DNA of 64,000 nt from a virus. The stretch spans positions 64,001-128,000 of IMG/VR virus record IMGVR_UViG_3300048074_000120, one strand, 5' to 3'. A program made the translations under genes and the position numbers. The notes below the pieces were generated by a model. It saw nothing but the letters and a program-made list of their open reading frames with translations. It made no database searches and had not been told where the DNA came from. This document shows positions 16,408-24,386 of this stretch, in pieces. The first letter of the stretch is position 1, and each line of letters begins with the position of its first letter.

Positions 16408-18462
16408 ATGGGCTGGAATATTCAGTTACCGGATGCCGAGTACTACGATCTCCAAAGCCCTGGGCTAGATGGGATTGTTCGTGAAATCAGAGACCAAAAG
16501 AGTGTCGCCATCGACACTGAAACCGACGGCCTCTCCATTGTCCGTTGTCGTCCCTATTACTGGTCGTTGAGTTGGACGAGTAAGAACGGGCGTGACCGTA
16601 GGCTTTCCCTCAAGGCCGATGCCTTCCCCGCATTCAAAGAAGTCTTCAACGACTACAACCGCAGCTGGGTCTTTGTAAACGCCAAGTTCGACGCACACAT
16701 GATGGCCAATGGCGGGTTCCCTTTGAAGGGAAAGCTCGTCGATGTCTCGGTCATGCATGCACTGCTGTACGAGGAAGATCCCCACGGGCTAAAGGACATG
16801 GCTCGCGTCCATCTCGGATGGAAGTGGACCGACTTCTCCGATACCTTCGGGAAAGTTCGAGCCAGGACGTGCATCTGCGGCGGCACGGAAGCCTCACACG
16901 GCCCCAACAGGAACTTCTGCAAAAAGACGGGCTGCATGCAGTTTCGCCAGGTCAACTCGCTCGACATGCTGGAGAGAGCCGAACGAGAGAACCCAGAGCT
17001 CCTGGTGGACTACACCGCCAACGACGCCTACGGCACCTGGAAGCTCAAGCAGCTGCTCGACAAAGAACTTGCAGAAGCACAAACGCACAGCCTCTACACA
17101 GACCAGTGGCCTTACATCCACACAATGTACGACTACTTCTACAAGACAGAGGTGCCCTTCACCAGAGTCCTGTGGGGCTGCGAGCGCAATGGCCTCAAAG
17201 TAGACCGGGGGTATCTCGAGCGCATCTCACCGACCATCCTCAGCGATTTAGAGAAGCTTCGCTTTGAGATCAATAGGCTCACCGGGCGCATCATGAAAAC
17301 AGCCGGGCCCGACCTGGTGAAGTACTTCATCGATGAATGCCGACTTACCCCGCACAAGATGACCAAAGGCGGTAAGAGCGGCGTCAAGAAACCCTCCATC
17401 GACGCAAAGTACCTCGGTTGGGTAGCAGAGGAGTATTCCGACGAAACCGTAGGAAAGGTTGCCAAGCTCCTCATCGAGCACGGCGCCATCTCAAAGCAGT
17501 TCAGCACCTACATCGAGAAGATGCCAGGAAGGCTCGACCCTAACGACTGCGTTCACATGAAGCTGAACCAGGATGTGGCCCGCACGGGGCGCCTCTCCTC
17601 CAGTGATCCGAACATGCAGAACGTGACCACTGGCGAGAAGGATCGCTTCCATCTGCGAAACGCCTTCATCTGTGAGGCAGACGAAGACGTTGTAGTTGCC
17701 GACTACTCACAGCTGGAAATGCGGCTACTAGCCGCTGCTGCGCAAGAGCCGGCCATGATGGACATCTTCCACAAGAACTGGGACATCCACACGGGCAACG
17801 CTGTGCTCATGTACGACATCCCCTACGAGGAAATCGTAGAAGCAACGGCGATTGCTAAGCAGGTCAAGAAAGGCAAGCTCCCCGAAACAGCCCTTACGCC
17901 CCGCGTCTGGGAATGCCTCAACGCACGCAGCGATGTGAAGAACATCGGGTTTGGTCTCAACTACGGGATGAAGTCCAAAGCCATGGCCGCCCGCATGGGC
18001 TGCTCTGTCGCCGAAGCCGAAGCCAAGATCAAGCGGTACATGGAGACCTACCCTGCCGTTCGAGCTTACTTCGACCAGGCCATCGTCGAGGTTCGGGATT
18101 GTGGCTATGCCTTTACCCTCATGGGGCGCCGTCGTAGCCTCCCTGACATCTGGGCAAGGCGCGACTACCAACGCTTCAGGGCTGAACGTCAGGCATCCAA
18201 CCTGCCCATTCAGGGCACGGCCGCCGAAGCGTGCAAGATGGCCATGACCAGCATCTTCGAGGACGGAGAACTCGAACGCAAGTACGGCTACAAGATGCGC
18301 CTGCAAGTCCATGATGAAATCCTCGGCACCTGCCCCAAGGAGCACACGGACATCGTGAAGTCCTACATCAAGGAATGGATGGAACACCCATTCCCGAGCG
18401 ACATAGGAGTCCCACTAACCATCGACATTGGCTCAGGCCCCTCCTGGGGTGCCGCCAAGTGA
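16408..18462 (+). CDS. polA: DNA polymerase family A with 3'-5' exonuclease, lacking the 5' nuclease
   Basis: ExoI AIDTETDG, ExoII NAKFD, ExoIII YTANDA; motif A ADYSQLEMR, motif B KNIGFGLNYG, motif C QVHDE. Confidence 0.95.
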   Translation: MGWNIQLPDAEYYDLQSPGLDGIVREIRDQKSVAIDTETDGLSIVRCRPYYWSLSWTSKNGRDRRLSLKADAFPAFKEVFNDYNRSWVFVNAKFDAHMMANGGFPLKGKLVDVSVMHALLYEEDPHGLKDMARVHLGWKWTDFSDTFGKVRARTCICGGTEASHGPNRNFCKKTGCMQFRQVNSLDMLERAERENPELLVDYTANDAYGTWKLKQLLDKELAEAQTHSLYTDQWPYIHTMYDYFYKTEVPFTRVLWGCERNGLKVDRGYLERISPTILSDLEKLRFEINRLTGRIMKTAGPDLVKYFIDECRLTPHKMTKGGKSGVKKPSIDAKYLGWVAEEYSDETVGKVAKLLIEHGAISKQFSTYIEKMPGRLDPNDCVHMKLNQDVARTGRLSSSDPNMQNVTTGEKDRFHLRNAFICEADEDVVVADYSQLEMRLLAAAAQEPAMMDIFHKNWDIHTGNAVLMYDIPYEEIVEATAIAKQVKKGKLPETALTPRVWECLNARSDVKNIGFGLNYGMKSKAMAARMGCSVAEAEAKIKRYMETYPAVRAYFDQAIVEVRDCGYAFTLMGRRRSLPDIWARRDYQRFRAERQASNLPIQGTAAEACKMAMTSIFEDGELERKYGYKMRLQVHDEILGTCPKEHTDIVKSYIKEWMEHPFPSDIGVPLTIDIGSGPSWGAAK

Positions 18463-18463
18463 C

Positions 18464-18784
18464 ATGAACAAGTTCGAGCTAGACCGCATGGTGGCCTTCG
18501 ATATGGACATGGAAATTCAAGAAGTAGCCAGGGTAACCTCACTCTTCTTGGAGCTTGCCGTCAAAGACATAGCAAAAGGCCACCCGCTAAATCTACGTTG
18601 CTTTGGCAAGTTCAAGCTTGCTATCCAAGGTGGTGCACCTCCCCCACATCAACGCTACGGGGGAGGGAATAACAGCGAAGACGGACAACAACGGCGCTTT
18701 CGAGTACACTTCAGAAAGTCGGTCACCCTGGCTAAAGCAATCAGGGCCCAACAGGAGAAGAAGCATGGACAAGTACGCCGTTGA
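18464..18784 (+). CDS. HU/IHF-like DNA-binding protein
   Basis: MNKFEL...VAR...LNLRCFGKF...VHFRKSVTL follows the HU/IHF pattern. Confidence 0.75.
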   Translation: MNKFELDRMVAFDMDMEIQEVARVTSLFLELAVKDIAKGHPLNLRCFGKFKLAIQGGAPPPHQRYGGGNNSEDGQQRRFRVHFRKSVTLAKAIRAQQEKKHGQVRR

Positions 18785-18944
18785 TGAATCAGTCGATCAA
18801 AACGTGATGGAAAAAGCGGCAGCGCAAGGCTGCCCCGAGTGTGGTGCCAAATGCGAACGGCATGGCAACCTGCTCTTTTGCCCGGTCCATGGCAGTTCGC
18901 CGTTCGAGAAGCAAAGAGACGATGGCAGCCAAAAAGGTCAGTAA
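18765..18944 (+). CDS. Small zinc-ribbon protein (59 aa)
   Basis: AGGAG RBS; CPECG...CPVH. Confidence 0.7.
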   Translation: MDKYAVDESVDQNVMEKAAAQGCPECGAKCERHGNLLFCPVHGSSPFEKQRDDGSQKGQ

Positions 18945-20265
18945 GAAAGTCCAAAAGAAGAAGCCGGTACACCGCCAGCCCAGCACAACCAAGGCTGCCC
19001 CGACGCGGGTAGTGACCGATGAAAGTAGACGGCCCGTAGTAGCTACGCGCGGCCGTCTACTGGGTCTCCCCACCGTCACCGCGGCGCAACGAGCTGCCAA
19101 GCTCCGCGCGACAATGAGTAAAATCAACGAAAAGCACAAGGGCAACGTTGTAGTACCCGCAGACAAAGCGAGCTCAAACTCATACCTCCGACGACCCTGC
19201 GGCGTCATGCAGATCGACATCGACACCGGAGGCGGCATGCCAGCGCAGTCCTTCGTGACCATCGGGGGACCTGATAACTCTGGCAAGTCTTCCTTGCTCT
19301 ATTGCTACTTTGCGATGCACCAGCGCCTGTACGGCGATGACGCGTACATCGCTCTGGCCAACTCTGAGGGGAACATCGACTACCTACAGGCACGCCGCTG
19401 CGGCTGGATCGTCCCAGTCCCCATGGACTACATAAAAGCGCAGCAACAGGAGCGAGAGGCAAGGGGGGTACCACTCCTTACCCAAGAAGAAATCACAGAA
19501 CTTCGCCGTAGCGTTGGCACCAACACCATCGTTGAGGCCACCACAATGGAGGACATCCTCGACATCACCGAGGAGCTGCTCGCGACAAACCTCTACGGCA
19601 TCGTCGGCATTGACTCCTATGAAGGGCTGTCCCCCAAGGCTGAGCTTGCTTTAGACTCCCTCGATGATCATGCCCAGCAAGCGCTCAGAGCCAACAACAT
19701 CACCCGCTTCTTTCAGCACTACGGCCCCATCAAACGGGACCCAGGCCACTTCACCACGCTGATGATGACCACCCAGGTGCGCAGCAATCGTAAGAAGGGT
19801 GAGCTGCCTGGGCCCATGGCAAAGTACGCCAAGGACTGGTCCGACGACACAAGCGCCTGGGCACTCAAGCACTGGCGGTCCATTCACCTAAAGGTCTATA
19901 GCGGCGGCAAAATCTACGAGGGGCCCAAGAGCAGCCAACACGTCGTTGGCAAAGACGTCAACTGGGACATCAGCAAGGGCAAAGACGGAACCCACGACGG
20001 CATCAAGGGCTCAACCCCGTACTACTACGACAGCCGGTGCTTTGACACCCTGCGGTCCGTCATCGTCGCAGGCTTTCGCTACGGCATTGTCGTAGAAAAA
20101 GAGGGCCTGCTCACCTTCATGAACAACGGCGAGCCCGACCAATACCTGTGCCGCATTGCGGGACCTGAGCAGTTCATCCAAGCCATGCAGGAAGAACCCA
20201 AGAGTGAATGGCAGCTGCGTGCGGCCATCTTGGCTGCCGCAGGCGTCTCTGGAATCTATCGATAA
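18922..20265 (+). CDS. recA: RecA/UvsX-like recombinase
   Basis: IDIDTGGGMP, Walker A GPDNSGKS, Walker B GIDSY, TTQVR. Start placed at MAAKKV. Confidence 0.88.
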   Translation: MAAKKVSKKVQKKKPVHRQPSTTKAAPTRVVTDESRRPVVATRGRLLGLPTVTAAQRAAKLRATMSKINEKHKGNVVVPADKASSNSYLRRPCGVMQIDIDTGGGMPAQSFVTIGGPDNSGKSSLLYCYFAMHQRLYGDDAYIALANSEGNIDYLQARRCGWIVPVPMDYIKAQQQEREARGVPLLTQEEITELRRSVGTNTIVEATTMEDILDITEELLATNLYGIVGIDSYEGLSPKAELALDSLDDHAQQALRANNITRFFQHYGPIKRDPGHFTTLMMTTQVRSNRKKGELPGPMAKYAKDWSDDTSAWALKHWRSIHLKVYSGGKIYEGPKSSQHVVGKDVNWDISKGKDGTHDGIKGSTPYYYDSRCFDTLRSVIVAGFRYGIVVEKEGLLTFMNNGEPDQYLCRIAGPEQFIQAMQEEPKSEWQLRAAILAAAGVSGIYR

Positions 20266-20606
20266 TGAAACAGCTCTCCGCGAAGGCGACCCGCCGACGC
20301 TCCCAGAGGCAAGAACGAGAGCTCGCTGAGGACACGGGAGGCAAAGTCCAAAAAGGCTCAGGCTGCCTCCCGTGGGCCAAGAGCGACGTCACCAATGTCT
20401 TTGGGAGATTCAGGGCAGAGTGCAAGTTCACCCGCGCTCGCTCATTTACCATCACCCGTGAACTCATCTATAAGCTCCGTGGAGAGTGCGATTTTCACGA
20501 GATACCCGTCATCGACGTTTCATTCGTATCCGCCACAGGGAAGACAGACGAGCGCTGGATTTGCATGCCCTACGCCGAGTGGCTCAAGCAAAACGGCAAG
20601 GAGTAA
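20265..20606 (+). CDS. PD-(D/E)XK Holliday junction resolvase-like nuclease
   Basis: QERELA...GSG...KSDV...AECKFT pattern. Start overlaps the recA stop. Confidence 0.7.
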   Translation: MKQLSAKATRRRSQRQERELAEDTGGKVQKGSGCLPWAKSDVTNVFGRFRAECKFTRARSFTITRELIYKLRGECDFHEIPVIDVSFVSATGKTDERWICMPYAEWLKQNGKE

Positions 20607-20608
20607 CT

Positions 20609-21526
20609 ATGGGATTAGTCCACGTTTCGGACCTCTACACCCAGCCCAATGACGTGATCGCTAACTACATCCTCTGGGCTGGGGACTTAGGGTCTATCTA
20701 CGAGAACTTCATCAAGGAGGACGACGAAGACGTATCCTTTATCGCCGGCTGGCATGGGTCAAAAGCTAGGTCCCGTGGGATCCATGCCTCCGAGATGTCC
20801 GGCGAATGCCGCCTACCTGTCTGGTACTCCCTCAAGGGCGTGCAGCGGGAGGACAAGCAAAGCGATGCCTCCTGGAAGAAGCGCTTTCGCGCCGGGCACA
20901 TGTTCCACGCCATGCTCCAAGAGGACTGGCGGCGCATCTGCGAAAAAAGCGGCGGGCTGATGTCGTTTACCCGAGAGGTTCGCATCGATCCGTCGCTACA
21001 GGCCATTGCTGCCGAGTACGACATCCACTCGAGCTGCGACGGGGTCATCGAGTTTCGGGACGAGCCCTGGGGCGCTGCCGTCCTTCGGGTGGGGCTCGAG
21101 ATAAAGAGTGAGTCCGCCAAGCAGTTCGAGAAAAGGACTGGACCCGAGGACACGCACAAGAGGCAAACCTGCGTGTACATGAAGTGCCTTGACGTGCCGC
21201 TGCTCTGGACGCAGTACATCAACAAAAGCAACTCAAACATCTCACCAAGCAAACCCCCCTACCTGTTTACGTTCGACCATGACCTCTGGAACGTCATCGA
21301 AGCCGAGACTCAGGAGGTTATCCATCTGGCGACCATCAACGAGCAGCCCCCTAAGAAAGAGGGCATCGTGTGCGAATTCTGCGGCTATGCCTGGAAGTGC
21401 AAACCAGACTACCTGGCTCGAAAGCACAGCAGAGACGCAGCCAGAGCCGATCGCGAAAACATGCGCAAGCGCCGCGCCAGGATAAACAATGGCATAGGGA
21501 TGCGCGTACCGAGGAGTCAACCATGA
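20609..21526 (+). CDS. Cas4-like / PD-(D/E)XK exonuclease (solo, no CRISPR)
   Basis: HASEMSGEC, GHMFH, CDG, LEIKS, Q.CVY, and C-terminal CEFCGYAWKC cluster. Confidence 0.78.
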   Translation: MGLVHVSDLYTQPNDVIANYILWAGDLGSIYENFIKEDDEDVSFIAGWHGSKARSRGIHASEMSGECRLPVWYSLKGVQREDKQSDASWKKRFRAGHMFHAMLQEDWRRICEKSGGLMSFTREVRIDPSLQAIAAEYDIHSSCDGVIEFRDEPWGAAVLRVGLEIKSESAKQFEKRTGPEDTHKRQTCVYMKCLDVPLLWTQYINKSNSNISPSKPPYLFTFDHDLWNVIEAETQEVIHLATINEQPPKKEGIVCEFCGYAWKCKPDYLARKHSRDAARADRENMRKRRARINNGIGMRVPRSQP

Positions 21527-22170
21527 ACGACAGCACAATCCACGGCGGTCTTTACGTCCCGCCCGGCATGGATAGCGTAGGTGAGCAAGCCGAAGAGAAC
21601 ATCCACAAACGCTGGGAATACTCAGAGGAAGTATCGGACTACTTGGAAAACGAACTGGGCATCTCTCCCCCCTCAGAGCCTCAATTCGCCTGTCCCACGC
21701 TGTCCTCAGAAGATCTCACAAACCCAGACAGCACGGCGTACTCCACACGCTACGCAGAGTTCATGGCCTGGTACACCTACCTCACCGAGGTGCTGTCCCG
21801 CCACGAATCAAAGCTCCTCGAGTACGAATACGAAATGGAGGACATCGCATCGAACATCCGAGAGTCCCTGCGCAAGAACAGCACTCGGAAGACCAAGGAC
21901 GGAGAAACCAAAGCCCCGTCTGCTGGGGAAATGGAAGACCGCATTCAGGTCAACCCCCGCTTCATCGAACTCAAGCAGAGAAAGCTCAGATCGACTGAGA
22001 TCATAAAACGCCTGAGCGCCAAGACCGAGGGGTTGTACCGGCAAATACAACTACTATCCCGACAGGTTGAAATCCGCCGTCAGAATTTCGATGGCAACAA
22101 CCGCGGAGGTACTGTACAAGGACGAGGCGGCTTGCCTTACGGGATGCGCACGCCGGCAAGGCCCACATGA
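21523..22170 (+). CDS. Coiled-coil protein, possibly a UvsY-like recombination mediator
   Basis: GAGGAG RBS; long helical heptads; position after recA and nucleases. The UvsY-like label is speculative. Confidence 0.5.
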   Translation: MNDSTIHGGLYVPPGMDSVGEQAEENIHKRWEYSEEVSDYLENELGISPPSEPQFACPTLSSEDLTNPDSTAYSTRYAEFMAWYTYLTEVLSRHESKLLEYEYEMEDIASNIRESLRKNSTRKTKDGETKAPSAGEMEDRIQVNPRFIELKQRKLRSTEIIKRLSAKTEGLYRQIQLLSRQVEIRRQNFDGNNRGGTVQGRGGLPYGMRTPARPT

Positions 22171-22631
22171 TCCACCTCACGCTTCCCTGGCTGCCACCTT
22201 CCGTCAACGACCTCTATAAGCCCGTGATCAAGGGCACTGGCTTCAAGAAGATAGCCATCCAGACACTCTCGGCAGCCGGAAGGAAGTTCAAAAAGGAGGC
22301 CATTGCCTACCTAGTCAAAAACTGCCAGCCCCAAATGCGTTGGTTCAAACCCAACGGGACCTACGTCATGTTCACCCTGTTCGGGGTACAAAATCTAGAG
22401 AACAAGGGCTGGCCAAAAACGGCCAAGGCTAGGTATAAGAAGGCCGACGTCACCAACCGAATGAAGGTCCTCGAAGACGTCATCGCTGAGGCCAGTGCCG
22501 TAGACGACTCCGCCTACCTACTGTCCATCTGCCAAAAACGGTCCAGCGATACGGCCGTCACTGACGTTTGGATCTGGAACCTAGACGAGGAGGGTTGCCC
22601 TTTCTATGCTGCCGCTAGCAGCCTTCGATAA
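22167..22631 (+). CDS. rusA: RusA-like Holliday junction resolvase
   Basis: LPWLPPSVNDLY, KADVTNRMKVLED, VDDS match RusA motifs. Confidence 0.8.
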   Translation: MIHLTLPWLPPSVNDLYKPVIKGTGFKKIAIQTLSAAGRKFKKEAIAYLVKNCQPQMRWFKPNGTYVMFTLFGVQNLENKGWPKTAKARYKKADVTNRMKVLEDVIAEASAVDDSAYLLSICQKRSSDTAVTDVWIWNLDEEGCPFYAAASSLR

Positions 22632-22995
22632 GTACAACTTCTCAGAGCTGTACCAACTGTGCATTCGGGCAGAACTCCCAGTGCTACCAACAACCCCCAG
22701 GGAAAAGCTCATTGCGTACCTGACCGGGGATGAAGAACCGCCCGAACTCGAGGAAGACGACCATCCCATTCATTCTTGGAGAAACGCCATCATTGGCTTT
22801 CTGCTCGATCAGTGGAAGAAGATGGCAACTCAAATCACGTGCCCAGCCAAAGCACTCAAAGACCCCATCAACCCCAATCCAAGGCCGTGCTTCGGCTGCG
22901 TCGATACGCAAGTGATCACGTGCCTTGTCCAAAACCACAAAGCTGAAGCACTCATCTCACCCTATCGTTTACTAAGGAGACCCGTAACAAAATGA
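22606..22995 (+). CDS. Hypothetical protein with N-terminal HeH/Rho_N-like motif and Cys-rich C-terminus
   Basis: DKYNFSELYQLCIRAEL...PREKLIAYL; CPAK...PCFGC...C. Confidence 0.6.
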   Translation: MLPLAAFDKYNFSELYQLCIRAELPVLPTTPREKLIAYLTGDEEPPELEEDDHPIHSWRNAIIGFLLDQWKKMATQITCPAKALKDPINPNPRPCFGCVDTQVITCLVQNHKAEALISPYRLLRRPVTK

Positions 22996-23663
22996 CCACA
23001 GCGAAACTGAGCTTGGAAACCGCCCCCACCACCCTCGAAGACATGATGAAGATCGGTAGGTTCAACCTCCGACTTCTCGCGCAGGAGTTTGGCCTGTTCA
23101 ACACCGAGGAATCAAAGGCAGCCTTCATGCAGCTATCAAACGAGGGTCAGGCAAAAGCCCTCCTCGATGCTGCTACAAAACTCCGCGGGGGCGGCAAAGG
23201 CAAAGCCACTGCTGCAACCGGGACCGGTGCCGCCCAGCGCACCCCCGCCACCGGAAAGGGTGCCGGCACCGGCAGAAAGCCAGCCACCAAAACGGAAGAA
23301 CCCCCAGAGGAGACGCCCGCGGACCCGGCCGCAGCCAGGGCTCCGGCGACCGCAGCAGCCGCTGGCGCAGCCAACACCGTAAAGCTCATGCAAGGCATTG
23401 CCGCTGCTTGCGAAGGCATCAAGGGCGCCGTCGAGACCACGGACGGCTCCATCGTGGCCGTACAGAGCACGCTCGAAGCCATCAATATGGCCCTGTGGTT
23501 CAACACCGCCCTGACCGTGCTTCAGATCGAACAAACCATCCAGATTGACCGGGCCGAAATCATCGAGATGGCCATGCAGGAAATCCCGGGCCTCAAGGAT
23601 GCCCTCAGCGCCGCCCAGCCCGCCAGTGGCGAAGAGGAGTACGCCGAAGAGGGAAACGCGTAA
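22992..23663 (+). CDS. Hypothetical protein; N-terminal domain paralogous to 61986..62603; ends at a candidate -1 frameshift site
   Basis: GRFNLRLLAQEFG..EE.K..FMQL.N.GQA shared with the 61986 ORF. A/T/G-rich linker and helical C-terminus. Confidence 0.75.
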   Translation: MTTAKLSLETAPTTLEDMMKIGRFNLRLLAQEFGLFNTEESKAAFMQLSNEGQAKALLDAATKLRGGGKGKATAATGTGAAQRTPATGKGAGTGRKPATKTEEPPEETPADPAAARAPATAAAAGAANTVKLMQGIAAACEGIKGAVETTDGSIVAVQSTLEAINMALWFNTALTVLQIEQTIQIDRAEIIEMAMQEIPGLKDALSAAQPASGEEEYAEEGNA

Positions 23664-23851
23664 AGGTCGAGACTTGGCCCAGCTGCATCCGTGCCAGGAT
23701 TCAAGACACGATTGAAATCGACGAAGGCTACCTACTGAGCCTCGACTACAATCAACTTCGAATCCTGGCCATGCAGCTCGGCGTGCTGGTCCAAGATGAC
23801 CCGAGTCTCGACCTATTGCGACAGAGAATTCGCCAGTGCCAACTGGTGTAA
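23651..23851 (+). CDS. Startless ORF in the -1 frame: candidate frameshift extension of 22992..23663 carrying an HeH-like domain
   Basis: Frame reads GKRVKVETWPSCIRARIQDTIEIDEGYLLSLDYNQLRILAMQLGVLVQDDPSLDLLRQRIRQCQLV*. No ATG/GTG/TTG before the conserved motif. Slippery G GGA AAC at 23651-23657. Confidence 0.55.
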   Translation, partial: GKRVKVETWPSCIRARIQDTIEIDEGYLLSLDYNQLRILAMQLGVLVQDDPSLDLLRQRIRQCQLV

Positions 23852-23891
23852 GGCACTGCGAAATTGCACTCAAGTACGCAGTAAGGTCAAC

Positions 23892-24086
23892 ATGAGTGCA
23901 TCGTGCAAAGGGGAACTGATCTGGCAGGGCATGCGATGGTGCTGCGTCAACTGCGGCTGCGAAAGCACGTATTGGGAGACTACCCATCAGCCCATCCAGT
24001 CCAAAGCAGATCACTTCCTAGGGTGTCTGCTCGTGCTGGCTGAAAGCTCGACGGCGCCAACTGCGACTACAAGCTCCTCAATGTAG
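23892..24086 (+). CDS. Small Cys-rich hypothetical protein
   Basis: SCKGEL...WCCVNCGC zinc-ribbon-like; last gene before the terminator. Confidence 0.55.
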   Translation: MSASCKGELIWQGMRWCCVNCGCESTYWETTHQPIQSKADHFLGCLLVLAESSTAPTATTSSSM

Positions 24087-24088
24087 TC

Positions 24089-24129
24089 GTGGGAAGTGGG
24101 AACCAGCGGAGGCTGACTTCCCACTTTTT
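24089..24129 (+). terminator. Intrinsic terminator ending the replication operon
   Basis: GTGGGAAGT...ACTTCCCAC stem followed by TTTTT. Confidence 0.8.
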
Positions 24130-24221
24130 AGCGTCTTACTACCAGCATCGAGCAGTGGATGGTCTGCCGGGTTTGGGTTGTCTGCGAGACGGCCATGGTG
24201 CACCCACTTCAGCGAACAATA

Positions 24222-24386
24222 TCAGGATATCCCCAACTTAACCCCGGGCTCAGCGATGCATTCAGCGAGCGTGTCGCAGTGGATTGTCTGCCGCGACTGC
24301 GAGAATTTCGAGACCTCGGCGGAGGCGAGAGAGGCGACGAGTAGCGCGGATAATATGATGGCCTTGTTCATTGATATCCAAGTCAT
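24222..24386 (-). CDS. Small secreted or membrane peptide (54 aa, below ORF-track cutoff)
   Basis: ATGA overlap with the upstream stop; MTWISMNKAIILSALLVASLASA-EV resembles a signal peptide. Confidence 0.45.
   Translation of the reverse strand: MTWISMNKAIILSALLVASLASAEVSKFSQSRQTIHCDTLAECIAEPGVKLGIS

Noticed and set aside
20609-21526. Cas4-like gene as part of a CRISPR-Cas system
   Set aside because: No repeat-spacer array and no cas1/cas2 or effector genes seen; the context is a recombination operon.
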